Source of the DNA: Octopus bimaculoides | Lineage: Eukaryota | Direction of reading: 5' to 3' | Length of the DNA: 64,000 nucleotides | Assembly: GCF_001194135.2 (NCBI RefSeq) | Contig: NC_068981.1 | Location: forward strand, 70,451,037 to 70,515,036 | Shown here: positions 53,551 through 64,000 of the stretch, one piece after another | How positions within the stretch are numbered: position 1 is the stretch's first letter | Layout: every line of letters starts with the position of its first letter | Notes under the pieces: generated by a model | What the model saw: only the letters and a program-made list of their open reading frames with translations | Told to the model about the DNA's origin: nothing | Databases searched by the model: none | Made by a program: the position numbers and the translations under genes

Positions 53551-54514
53551 TAGACATATATATATTGATGATAGTATAGTTTATCCTAGTCTGGTGGTAT
53601 TCGGCCACTACATCTGAGACAGCTTTATGATTACCATTGCGGAATGAAACAAATTCAATGCGCTTACACCAATGTATTCTCTTGAAATTACATGCTTCTG
53701 TTGTAAATGAAGATAAAATGAAAGATCAATTTAAAAAGACACGTTCATTTATTTCCTTTTCTGCAGTACACACTTTTTTTTAACAGAAATAAAAATTCAC
53801 AAACACAGCAATTTATTTTGAATCTCCATTCATTTTCACATTACTCCATAACACAGATATTAACTACGTTATCAATAACGAAAATGTTATAAACATCAAT
53901 ACACAGGCTTCAGCAAATAGTAATCTTTTACAGAAATATATCGGAACTTAAAAGTAATTCATATCAAACAGTAGATTAACGTTACATTATATAATTATAT
54001 GTATATTAAAGAAGACAAGTTGCTTTAACGTGATGTAAGTACCTTGACAACGTCAGACCTACATTAATGTCTATTAATATCCTTAGGAGTGCCGGTGATT
54101 AATCTTTCTTTCCAACAGAATAATAAAATATTAGATTGTCCGGACAGGAAATCTGTGTAATTTACCAAAATCCTCTGTCAAATGTAATCTCATAGTTCAA
54201 AGAGTTTGATCATAATACGCTGCTAATATGTTTATAGCCACGCGAAACTGAAGTCAATTTCTACATCTTTTACAACACAAAAATACAGTTCAATGAGATA
54301 TTACATCTTTCAAATAAATCGTGTTATTGCTTCGTGTTTTCTGCTGTAACTTATAAAAAACATAAATTTTGCGAAATGGAAAACACTAAATAATATAATT
54401 ATACTTCTGTAAATATTGTCTTTATCTGCGTGTAAACACAGTCACAAAAATACCGTTCAGAAAGTACATACCCATATACACATAAACAACACATACGTTT
54501 GTATATATACAAAC

Positions 54515-54550
<36 letters not shown>

Positions 54551-54599
54551 TATATATATATACATACACAAACTCAAGCACGTGTGTGCGTGTGTGTGC

Positions 54600-54632
<33 letters not shown>

Positions 54633-55333
54633 TGTGTGGTCTAACTTATGTATAATAATGGGCTCTTCTGTGAGTTTCTAAGTGTGAATACTAACAGTAA
54701 CTGCATACAATTACAATCACAATTGTCAGTACATACCTAGACATGCATACATACATACATACACACATACATACGTACATATGTGCATACATAATATATA
54801 GTTGTGTGTGTGTGAGTGTGTGTGTATTTATGTACGTATAGGTGTGTTTACATGTGTGAGAGAGATTCAGAAAGTGAGATTTACGTTTATATATTTAGAA
54901 AAATAATCTAAAATATATATTGATCCCAGCCCTGAGAGAGTTTTAGTGTTCTAACGTCTAGATGGAATTGAAAGTCTACTTAGATACTGCTTTTTCTCCA
55001 AAAATATATAATCCGAGTTGGTGTGGGAACCTAAATGACATGTGTGCAGATTAAGTGAATATCCAATAAAACAAAAACCATTTCGCATGCTTATCAGATT
55101 TCTCACACTTTCCAAATATCAACATGACGTTCATGGAAACATAATTCATTCTACTCGTGCAAAAGGAAACTAAAAGGCGTTTTCAACAATACAAATCAAT
55201 GCTCAATATGTGAGGATAAAGTGGTGAGGAGGCAGAATCATTATCAATCCGAGCAAGATGCTCAGTGATGTTTCATCTGTCTTTATAGTATGTGTTTATA
55301 GTCATCATTTCGCAGTCAATAAAATAATTACCT

Positions 55334-55411
55334 GTTGAGCTCCGAGTGTCAATATGATCGACTTATCCCCGCTTCTGAGCTTACTGGCCTTGGGCCAAAG
55401 TTCGAAGCCAA
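55334..55411 (+). mobile_element. SINE family A 3' fragment
   Basis: gttgagctccgagtgtcaatatgatcgacttatcccc..ctggccttgggccaaagttcgaa resembles the tail of 31180-31391. Confidence 0.6.
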
Positions 55412-55899
55412 TAATATGTGAGAATAAAAATAATATTTCCCTTTGATGCAGGATTTTTTAGCGAGTTTCATCTTGCTTTGCAATTAACAAAAACTTTGTA
55501 CTATTGTTTCCTTAATCTCGCTGTGCCCCAACGAAAGCTATACTGTTGAGTAATCTTTAATGTTCGTTGGTCAGAATTTTGATGGACGGACAGATAATAG
55601 TAATGGCAGAATATTGTTATAGACTCTACATAGCACACAACGCACAGGTTTTCCACTGAATTTTATCAAGATCTTGATAAAGACTGAAAAGAAAGACAAC
55701 TTTAAGCTACTGGAAGCAGCACTGTCATCTCCACCCACTTCTCTTCCCAGGTAAAGCATAAAAAATCGTGAGGACTTGGCCAAAGAGGAAGGGGCATTTC
55801 TTCAGCACTTTCTGTCTCATCCGCCTCACAATTTGTTTCGCCAAGGCCACTAGTTAGATAAAAATTGTATACTCCATCCGCTCAGATATAGATGACACG

Positions 55900-56750
55900 T
55901 AAGTCCTCAAATTAGACTGATCTTTTAGAGATCTGCTTGGATTAACAGCATTCCAAATGCGAAGTGTTTTCTCTCGGCCTTTGCATAAACCAAAACTTTA
56001 GTTCTGTCAAAAAGACGAGCTGGGGGAAAAGAGTCTGGTAAAGAACTACAATACTTGTTCACTGAATCGCTAGAGAAATCGCAGTCTCAGCATAGTATCA
56101 GGCATTCCCCGCCCAGTCGTCTATGCAGCAGATGGTAACAGGAAATGGAGTACTTGAACAGTGGAATGCATCCCTTCTAATGCGATTCGATCGTCTCCAC
56201 ATTGTCGTGGTCGGGAGATACGGCCGGTGCCTATCAAAAAGATGGAAACGTCGGAGCATGTTGGTCACACTTTTTTCAAGTCCTGAAATCTATGCTATCA
56301 GCACAAATTACGTATTGAGGATGCTGTTTCAACTACAGTGAGAATTAAAGAACGGTATGTTTCCAAGAAATACACACAAGACGCCTAAAAGATCTGACCC
56401 AGTTCTTAACAGGACGTTGTCTCCTACAGCTACGAAATTATGAACTTCACTTCAGGTACCATCCAGCAAAAGCGACATGCTTTTGGGTCACAAATTACGA
56501 GTCCATATTTTTTCGAAACAACACATTGACGTGTCATCTTTTTGCGTCCGATTTGCAGATGCACTATTGTTGCTGACGAAGATCACATATCTCGGGAAGA
56601 TTCTAGTCTCTCTGCTGATCATGGCATCTATGCTGTTTATCTATGATTGTTGAGCAGATAGTCTTCCTTCTAAGGCGAAACTGACCCCATGGATGGAAAG
56701 TGAAAAGAGTCACTTTTCTTATTCTGAAAAGACATCGATCCATTCCTCCT
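55900..56750 (+). pseudogene. Heavily decayed non-LTR RT (RTE/CR1-like)
   Basis: Remnants in order: YQAFPAQSSMQQM (QxGFR..STxDQ-like), RFDR, VLNRTLSPT (GVxQGDTLSP-like), RFADAL, KITYLG. Confidence 0.4.
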
Positions 56751-56924
56751 GTTAGATGTGGGTAATTTTTTCAGTAATCTTTCGTTAACTAATATTCGGA
56801 AATTTACAAGTGCGTGGATATACTTTTATTTTAGTTTCTTGCATTAGTTTTAGTGTTTTAACCTTGTTGTTAGTTTATTTGTTGGTGTAATGTAGTCACT
56901 ATGTGTTGAATGATTATATTGTTC

Positions 56925-57982
56925 AGTTCTATATTTAAGAGATAAGGAATTATGTACATCATTTACATTATTTACGTTTGACACCACTAAAACCAACCCT
57001 ATGACTGCGATATGTTGATGACACCTTTATATTCTGGCCGCACCAGGAAGATGTCCAAGTGCTGTTAGATCACGTGAACTCAATAAAGCCATCCATACAG
57101 TTCACAATGAAAAAGGAAAAACATAATTTGCTAGCATACCTCGACGTATTAATAACACGCAACAAGTATGGATTCAGGACATCCGTATACCGCAAGCCGA
57201 CCTTTACTGAACGATACATCAACTTCAATTCCCATCATCCATACAGTGTAAAGAGAGGGATTACTTAGTGCCTAAAACATCGAGCAAAGAATGTAAGTAG
57301 CGATCGTGATACCCACCACGAAGAAATGATCAAGCTCAGTAACAATCTGTTAAGCAACAACTACACCAAAAGTATACTATCCACTCCAATTATGAAGAAA
57401 AGGGAGGATGAAACCAATAAACTGCCCACAGTCTGTCTACCCTATGTGAAAGGCCTTTCCGAAAAGATACAAAAGATATGCGGCCCATATGACATCAGGA
57501 CAGTATTCAAGAGTAATACAACACTTCGCAAATATCTCCTTCAAGTAAAACCACCGAGAGAAGAGAACATGACGAAAAATTGCGTGTATTCCATCCTATG
57601 CAGCTGTGGTAGGTTATACAAAGGCGAAACATACCGCCACCTCAAAATAAGGGTAGAGTAACATCGCAAAGCTGTGACACGAGGATATATTGATAAAGCA
57701 GGTATAGCTGACCGTGTATGGAAAAATGGAGACCACCTTCCCCTGTGGGATGAAGTTAAAATAATAGACAGAAAACAACACTGGAAAATACGAAAACTAA
57801 AAGAAGCAGCACACATGCTAGGACACAACAACCTCCTAAGCAGACCGAGTGCAGATATGAATAGCATATGGGAACCGATATTAAGGAAGGAAAGGAAAAT
57901 ATTAGATTCATAAGCCCTAAATTTCACTCCATAACAACGCGGGCTACTAACCCCAAGATTCCGAGTTCGATTCCAGGCAGTG

Positions 57983-58031
<49 letters not shown>

Positions 58032-58185
58032 TAATAATAATAATAATAATAACAACATCGAAAAATACCATAGGAATGAGAACCCAGGTCCGAACTTTCC
58101 CGAAGACACCTGATGAAGCTGAAGCGTTGTGTTAACAATAAACAAGATGAGGACAAATATCTGTCAAATGCAAATAATTATCATT
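56925..58185 (+). mobile_element. 5'-truncated Penelope-like element: RT C-terminal half + GIY-YIG + terminal repeat
   Basis: LRYVDDTFIFW, SIQFTM..LAYLDVLI..VYRKPTFT.RYINFNSHHP..VKRG, VCLPYVKGLSEKI, NCVYSILCSCGRLYKGET, RKLKEAAH; stop at 57913. Confidence 0.93.
58106..58132 (+). ncRNA. Degenerate minimal hammerhead in PLE terminal repeat
   Basis: ACAC CUGAUGA agcu GAAg CGUU GUGU. Stem I (ACAC/GUGU) and the first core strand are intact; stem II is collapsed and GAAA has become GAAG. Confidence 0.5.
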
Positions 58186-58289
58186 TTGTTGTTTGTGTCT
58201 ATGGCCGTATAACTGATATTTCTTTGTTCTATTTGCACGTGTTCTTTTTTCTTTGGTGTTTGTATAGATTAAAATGCTTTTGTGTTTGT

Positions 58290-59162
58290 TGTGGTAATTA
58301 CAGTGCTGGTGCTGTCTCTGATGGCGGAGGTAATGGTGTTGTGATTGCTGATGGTAGTCTTATTACCGTTGTTAGAGATGATGGTGGAAGTGGCGTTGTT
58401 TTTGGTTTCATGCAGTGAAGGTTTATCCTTACGTCAATCTCCCAGCGTTCTAGTCGGCAGATTTGCTTATCCTTTCCTTCTTTCTATGCCTTCGTACGGG
58501 AACATCTTTCTACTGTTCCTGTTTGTCGTCATCGATGCTTGATATATTTTACATATATGAAGTGGGGAGGGGCATGTTATATAATATAACGTTTATAATG
58601 TTGCGAATGTTGTCGATGTGGTTCCGTTTACTGTTGTTACTCTCGTTGGATTTGTTGCAACCGAGGGTGTGGCCGCTGCTTCTTGTATTGATGTTACAGT
58701 CTCTGTGACTTCTGTGGCAATACCATCTTCGACAATAATCAGTTTCCCTTCCCTCTGCCTTTGTCGTGGACTGCGGGTGTTTTGATGGTTTATGTCACAA
58801 CATAAGTAATATTTTGGCTAAGGCCTTTGACCGTGAAAAACACAGACAGATCACCTGGTAGATTGATCAGGTGTGGAAAGCTCTATGACCTCTGGATTTG
58901 TTTAGATAAATAGCTTCATCACCGAGACGGACCACTTTTTTCTTTTTCAGTTTGGAGATTGTGGATTTTGAATATGTTCGTTTTCTTACGTATCGCACAA
59001 AAGGCTGCAACTAGCCAGCAGACATCTATTTCTGGTAGTATACTGACCATCTTAATTGTTATCACATTGCGGTCAAATAAAACCAGTATAACTGCAAAGA
59101 CTTCACGCTTTAGAGCTACAAAATGTTGTATTTTCCACTTTTCAATATACTCGTCTCTGTGT

Positions 59163-59199
<37 letters not shown>

Positions 59200-59800
59200 G
59201 GCTTGTGAATCTGTTGTGATTTGTGATATGCTTAAGGACCCTGTCCTTTCTTCTTCTAAAGGAAATGTCTGGCATTTTCCAAATCCTGTAGCAATAAACT
59301 TATTCCTTCATTCAACACGCTTCAGTGAACCCACCGATTTACTAGCAGGGGTAATGGCGTTGTTAGTATTGTTCGTTTCAATACTCATGGTGGAGGTCAA
59401 GGTTATACTGAGTGCATTGGCAGATACTTTTGTCTTAAATTCTCTTATTTTCGCTCTTTTCATTTTTAGTGTTATTTTCGCTGTTGCCGTTGTTGTTGTT
59501 GTTGTTGTTGTTGCTGTTGTTCCCATTTTGTACACGTGTCATCTACGCCATTGCGACTGATTTTGAGAACGCTCCAATTTATTGCTGTGGTAATGGTACA
59601 TATAGTAATGAGGGTGAAATTGCGTGCGCATTGTCACTGTTCATACCTTTTGTTTTTCTAACAATATTTTTTGTTTTGTAGCTCGTGGTCTTGTTGAGGT
59701 AACATCTACATCTCGAGTGGTAACAGTACTAGTGGTTTTGTTTTTATTTGTCTCTGATTGTTGTTGTTCTTATTGCTGCTGCTGCTCCTGCTGCTACGGT
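58290..59800 (-). pseudogene. Possible decayed gene with Thr/Pro/Ser-rich (mucin-like) linkers
   Basis: Codon-diverse T/P/S-rich runs all on the minus strand (e.g. the ATG-less frame 58593-58817 ..EVTETVTSIQEAAATPSVATNPTRVTTVNGTTSTT) alternate with non-repetitive segments; stops interrupt the frames. Confidence 0.3.
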
Positions 59801-60075
59801 TACATATTGGGATCACAATGGGACTTTCAGCCTTCGTAAACCCAACATCTGTAACTCCATTCTTGCATAAATGGTTAAGTTGAATGAAAACTTTGGAAAT
59901 TCCACTCCAGAGAGGTGGAACAAAATAGTACTATCCTGTTCCTTAGAAACCCGGCCAATTTAGGCAGAAAATGGTTTGTATCTTTTAAAAGTCGCTTTTT
60001 TTTAATAAAGAGTTAAGAAACAACTAAAACCCTAAATGACTAGAACATCCGTCTTGGTAATGCAAAAGCAAACGA

Positions 60076-60145
<70 letters not shown>

Positions 60146-60146
<1 letters not shown>

Positions 60147-60358
60147 GGACTTACAAATATATATAACATACAGAAAATTGCACTACTGGGCACAGCACAC
60201 ATCCTACGCAAAAAGACTTTCAATACAGTAACCATAAGAGCACCACAGCAAACCACAGCACATACCCAAGGCGCACAGAGCTGCGCTCGGTAGTGAAGTG
60301 AAAGCACGTTATAAAAATAAAACTACTGAACAATAATAATAATAATAATAATAATAAT
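60146..60358 (+). mobile_element. R4/Dong LINE extreme 3' end embedded in (TAA)n
   Basis: QKIALLGTAHILRKRLSIQ* (R4/Dong C-terminal QKxxLLGTAxILR motif), a short 3' UTR and an (AAT)n tail; (AAT)n lies upstream at 60077-60145. Confidence 0.8.
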
Positions 60359-60439
60359 GTCCTACGAAAAATAATGTCTATGCAATCCCCAAAATATTTT
60401 AAGCTGTAAACAGTGCAAAAATACTTTTAAATGTACATA

Positions 60440-61330
60440 ATATCCAACAGCTTCTACTGAATGGAAGAAAACAACCTGTTTCCAGAAGGGCAGAAGGGAT
60501 GCTGCACGGGGTCATATGTATGCAAAGATCAATTATTGATCAATAAAACCATAACTGAAGACAGCCGAAAGAAAAACAAGGGTCCAAGCATGATTGGATC
60601 GATTATCGAAAGGTTTTTGACTGTATTCCCCACATATGGATCTTGGAAACACTAGATAAATGGCAAATATTACTACAACTCCAGACAAAACAGGGACTCA
60701 TAAGAACTAAAGCCATCCCCATTCAAAGAAGAATATTCCAAGCAGACACACTATCTCTACTCATTTTCTGCTTGTTACTGACGCCTTTATCTCAGATGCT
60801 GAACACAACTGGATGTGTGTACAACTGCTCCGGCAAAACACACAACCCTCTCTTGTATATCGATGATCTAAAATTGTCTGCTGCAAATGACAAACAGCTG
60901 GAAACATCACTATAGATAGTGCATGGATTTGCCAAAGAGATAAACAAGAGAAATTCAGATTAGAAAAATTCGGATTAGAAAAAGAAGCCTTGCAAACAGG
61001 AACACTACTTAAGAGTAACAATATCACATTAGATAAAGCAAACGAAATAAGAGAATTAGACCAAAGCCAAACATACAAATACTTAGGAATCAATGAACAA
61101 GATACTGTACAATATACATAAATGGAAGAGAAGATAACAAAGGAATACTATAAACGAGTTAGATTAATACTTTAAACAGAGCTCAATGCGAAAAGCAAGA
61201 TAATAGGTGTGAACAATCTAGCCTTCCCAATTATAAGTTACAGCTACAATATTCCTAATTGGATTGTAAATGAACTAACGAAACTAGAAAGTAAAAGAAG
61301 CAAAATAATGACCGAATTGAAGATGCACCA
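60440..61330 (+). pseudogene. R4/Dong-clade RT domain, decayed
   Basis: EGQKGC..CKDQLLINK, WIDYRKVFDCIPHIWI, RRIFQADTLSLLIFCLLLTPLS, LLYIDDLKL, FGLEK, YKYLGI, YYKRVRLIL*TELNAKSKI. Confidence 0.88.
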
Positions 61331-62414
61331 TTTAATAATATAGAAATAATATTGTATGCTGGTACTTAATCTCTGATAGTTACAATCACGTAATTCAGTA
61401 TTGAAAGTTGACTTGGTTTTCATTTTGAAACGCTTTTCAACGGAAATAAAGAAAGATTTGCAAAATAAATTGACCCATTTCTTTTATAACATCTCTAGTA
61501 TCTTTAAGATGTAACTGTACTGATAAATCTTTGGCTTATACAAGCTATCATAATTTGAATGTCTCTTAAGTCCCTCATTATTCATGACCGTAGGCAAGCC
61601 ATATGAAAATCATTGCTAATATGAGATATATCCTCAAATTGTGAATAAATGGACTCTGGTATTCACTGCAACCTATACCGAAGAATTAATAGTAGGAAGT
61701 TTTCCGACAGTTAATTAAGTTTTAATGTTTTCTTTGCTGTCTTTAGCGGAGTTGAAGATGTTCTTGACAGATACAGCTTCCTCATATCTGACAGTAAACA
61801 AGAGGTACCAACGATATATGTGGATATAATGACATGTTAAGGGAATTTACTTTCAGATACATTCATGCACATAATGTCATAGCAAAGAAAGTAGCAAAAT
61901 AGAAGTCAATAATATTTAGCGAACGCTAAAATCATGATCAATCCTATCTAGGAACAAATTACAGAAGATAATTAAATATTAACCTAACCATGTTGATTAC
62001 AACTAAACTGAAGATGAGAAACAAGTGTAATTCTTTAGGCTCAAATGTTCCTTTCCAAGGTTAGCGCTGCAGCTTCATTTTCATTGAGGTAAACAAAAAG
62101 TGTATTAGCGCACCTCTGTATTAAACATTATCAATGATAAGTGGAAATATAAGCGCCTCAAGTGCATACATTTGCAAGGCTTACACGTTGACGCATGAAA
62201 CGTTAGATAGCTCACCCGAAAGGATAACTTTCACAGAATATTTTGCGGCCAACAAGGCAATTAATTGCTTAACTGCACATCAACCGTGATTTCAGGTTGC
62301 CAAAGACCATGGTGTGTTACAATGTACTAAGTGTATATGCAGTTGCATATCGTTTGCTGATTTCGTTACGTTTCTATGATTCTTGTCATTGCGCTTCTGT
62401 ATATATATATATAT

Positions 62415-62930
62415 ATAATACAAAATGGGACAAGAACGCAAAACATCCAGACAGTTAGGTGATACAAGAAAGGGACAGCAAACCATCCAGATAGACGATA
62501 CAAAGAAAACAAGGACAGGTCATTCGGAGTTTTCTTTCCTCAGTCGAGTTCCAGATTATCTTTGCAATTTCAGCTGGTTATACTCGTGTTCGCTCCAATC
62601 TGCTTAAGCAAGAAAAAATAAGCTAAGGAAAAACTAAGCTAAGAGCATTAGATTCCTTGGAAGAAAGCAGCGAATGTATACAAAAACAAGGACGAAAAAA
62701 AAAACGAACAATGTTACACGAATACAACAAAAATAATAACAGGACATAACAACAGGTGTCTTTCGACTAAAGACGAATTAAATTAAGCTGGTGTATTTGG
62801 AAATAAAGCCTTACGGCAGGGATACAAGGTTTCACAGGCACAAGGAGGAATATTGATGTTGCACGGACAACGGCCACCCAAGAAATAAAGATCACACTTG
62901 GTCGAACGCCGGGCACGTGGGAAGAGAAGA
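62415..62930 (-). repeat. Interspersed repeat, probably a PLE terminal-repeat region; its end recurs at 63465-63529
   Basis: atgggacaagaacgcaaaacatccaga..tagacga.acaaagaaaacaaggacagg occurs at both 62425-62520 and 63475-63529. The PLE assignment is recalled, not shown. Confidence 0.45.
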
Positions 62931-63375
62931 GGGAGAGGTAGAGGCAGAGGGACAAAATAATTAAGGAGGGGCGAGAAAAAATGTCAGGGACACAGTGAAA
63001 TGAAAAGTGGAAGGAAAGTGAGCAAGAAGAGAAGGCAAGGAAATGTGAGAGAGGGGGAACGAAAGAACGAAGAGTGGAATGAACGAATAAGAGTGAAAGG
63101 GCTGATAGAAAGAAAGAATAGAGTCTTACAAGATTTAGAAAAATGTATACTTAAATATAAGAGACCAAAGTGTACGTACNNNNNNNNNNNNNNNNNNNNN
63201 NNNNNNNNNNNNNNNNNNNNNNNNNNNNNNNNNNNNNNNNNNNNNNNNNNNNNNNNNNNNNNNNNNNNNNNNNNNNNNNNNNNNNNNNNNNNNNNNNNNN
63301 NNNNNNNNNNNNNNNNNNNNNNNNNNNNNNNNNNNTGTGTGTGTGTGAGAGAGAGAGAGAGTTTATGTGTGTGTT

Positions 63376-63409
<34 letters not shown>

Positions 63410-63416
63410 TTTATGT

Positions 63417-63466
<50 letters not shown>

Positions 63467-63530
63467 AATATACAATGGGACAAGAACGCAAAACATCCAG
63501 ATAGACGACACAAAGAAAACAAGGACAGGC

Positions 63531-63562
<32 letters not shown>

Positions 63563-64000
63563 TCACACACACCCACAAACCCACATGTATACTTATATAT
63601 ATAATTGCATATATTTATCTTAGGAGCATTTTAATAGTAACAACTCAGGTAATGGTTTATTATACTCCTTTGAATAATTATTAGGCAATTAGTTAAGTAA
63701 CTAACCTCTTAATACCCGATTGTTTCATCAATCGTTTGAACAATCAGTCGTATCTCACATCAAGAATAACCAAGAATAACAAGTGCACATAACTGATGCG
63801 GTTAGGAATGTCATCGAAATGAACCTCCTGACAAATCAAATCATTGACTGTTTGATCGCTATATTAAACTAATGTTTACTTAACTGGTCAGTTGAAACTT
63901 CGTAGTTGTAGGCATGTATGCATAAATAGATATTGGCTCCTGCAATACATAATGTGGATTTTTTATACTTCTTTTAATTTTTCAAAATTAAGGTAAACAA

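Larger units (their letters stand above)
15500..63335. other. Assembly gaps (N-runs) at about 15500-15760, 17655-18448, 19395-19410, 20802-21705, 22418-22427, 30430-30964, 40745-40930, 42829-43710, 49708-50063, 53249-53469, 63180-63335
   Basis: Directly visible N tracts, mostly flanked by (TA)n or similar microsatellites. Confidence 0.98.

Noticed and set aside
62520-62560. CTGAGGA-AA-GAAA on the minus strand
   Set aside because: No room for stem II, and the stem I/III pairing is poor.
15408-63604. Many ORF-track entries rich in X, YI, HT, CV, N or I runs
   Set aside because: They are translations of N-gaps and of (TA)n, (CA)n, (TATG)n and (AAT)n microsatellites, not genes.

Overview
AT-rich, repeat-dense animal genomic DNA from a draft assembly with 11 N-gaps, most of them flanked by microsatellites. 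The SINE families and microsatellite load look cephalopod (Octopus-like); this is an inference from recalled repeat families. I recognise no intact protein-coding gene. Most ORF-track entries are microsatellite or gap artefacts. The window holds decayed transposons: a Helitron with its 3' terminus, at least six Penelope-like (PLE) fragments, three R4/Dong LINE pieces, Tx1/L1-like and RTE-like LINE remnants, several tRNA-derived SINEs, two MITEs and a hAT end. The most notable structures are type I hammerhead ribozyme motifs (48223-48310; 52664-52752 with its mirror copy at 52319-52407; degenerate copies at 8857-8907 and 58106-58132) and four fold-back inverted duplications. Two LINEs sit inside specific microsatellites. 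There are also a few weak host-gene candidates: a possible TM/GPI exon, a TIR-like relic and a Thr/Pro-rich decayed frame. All homology calls come from motif recognition by eye, and element boundaries are approximate unless a terminus is described.
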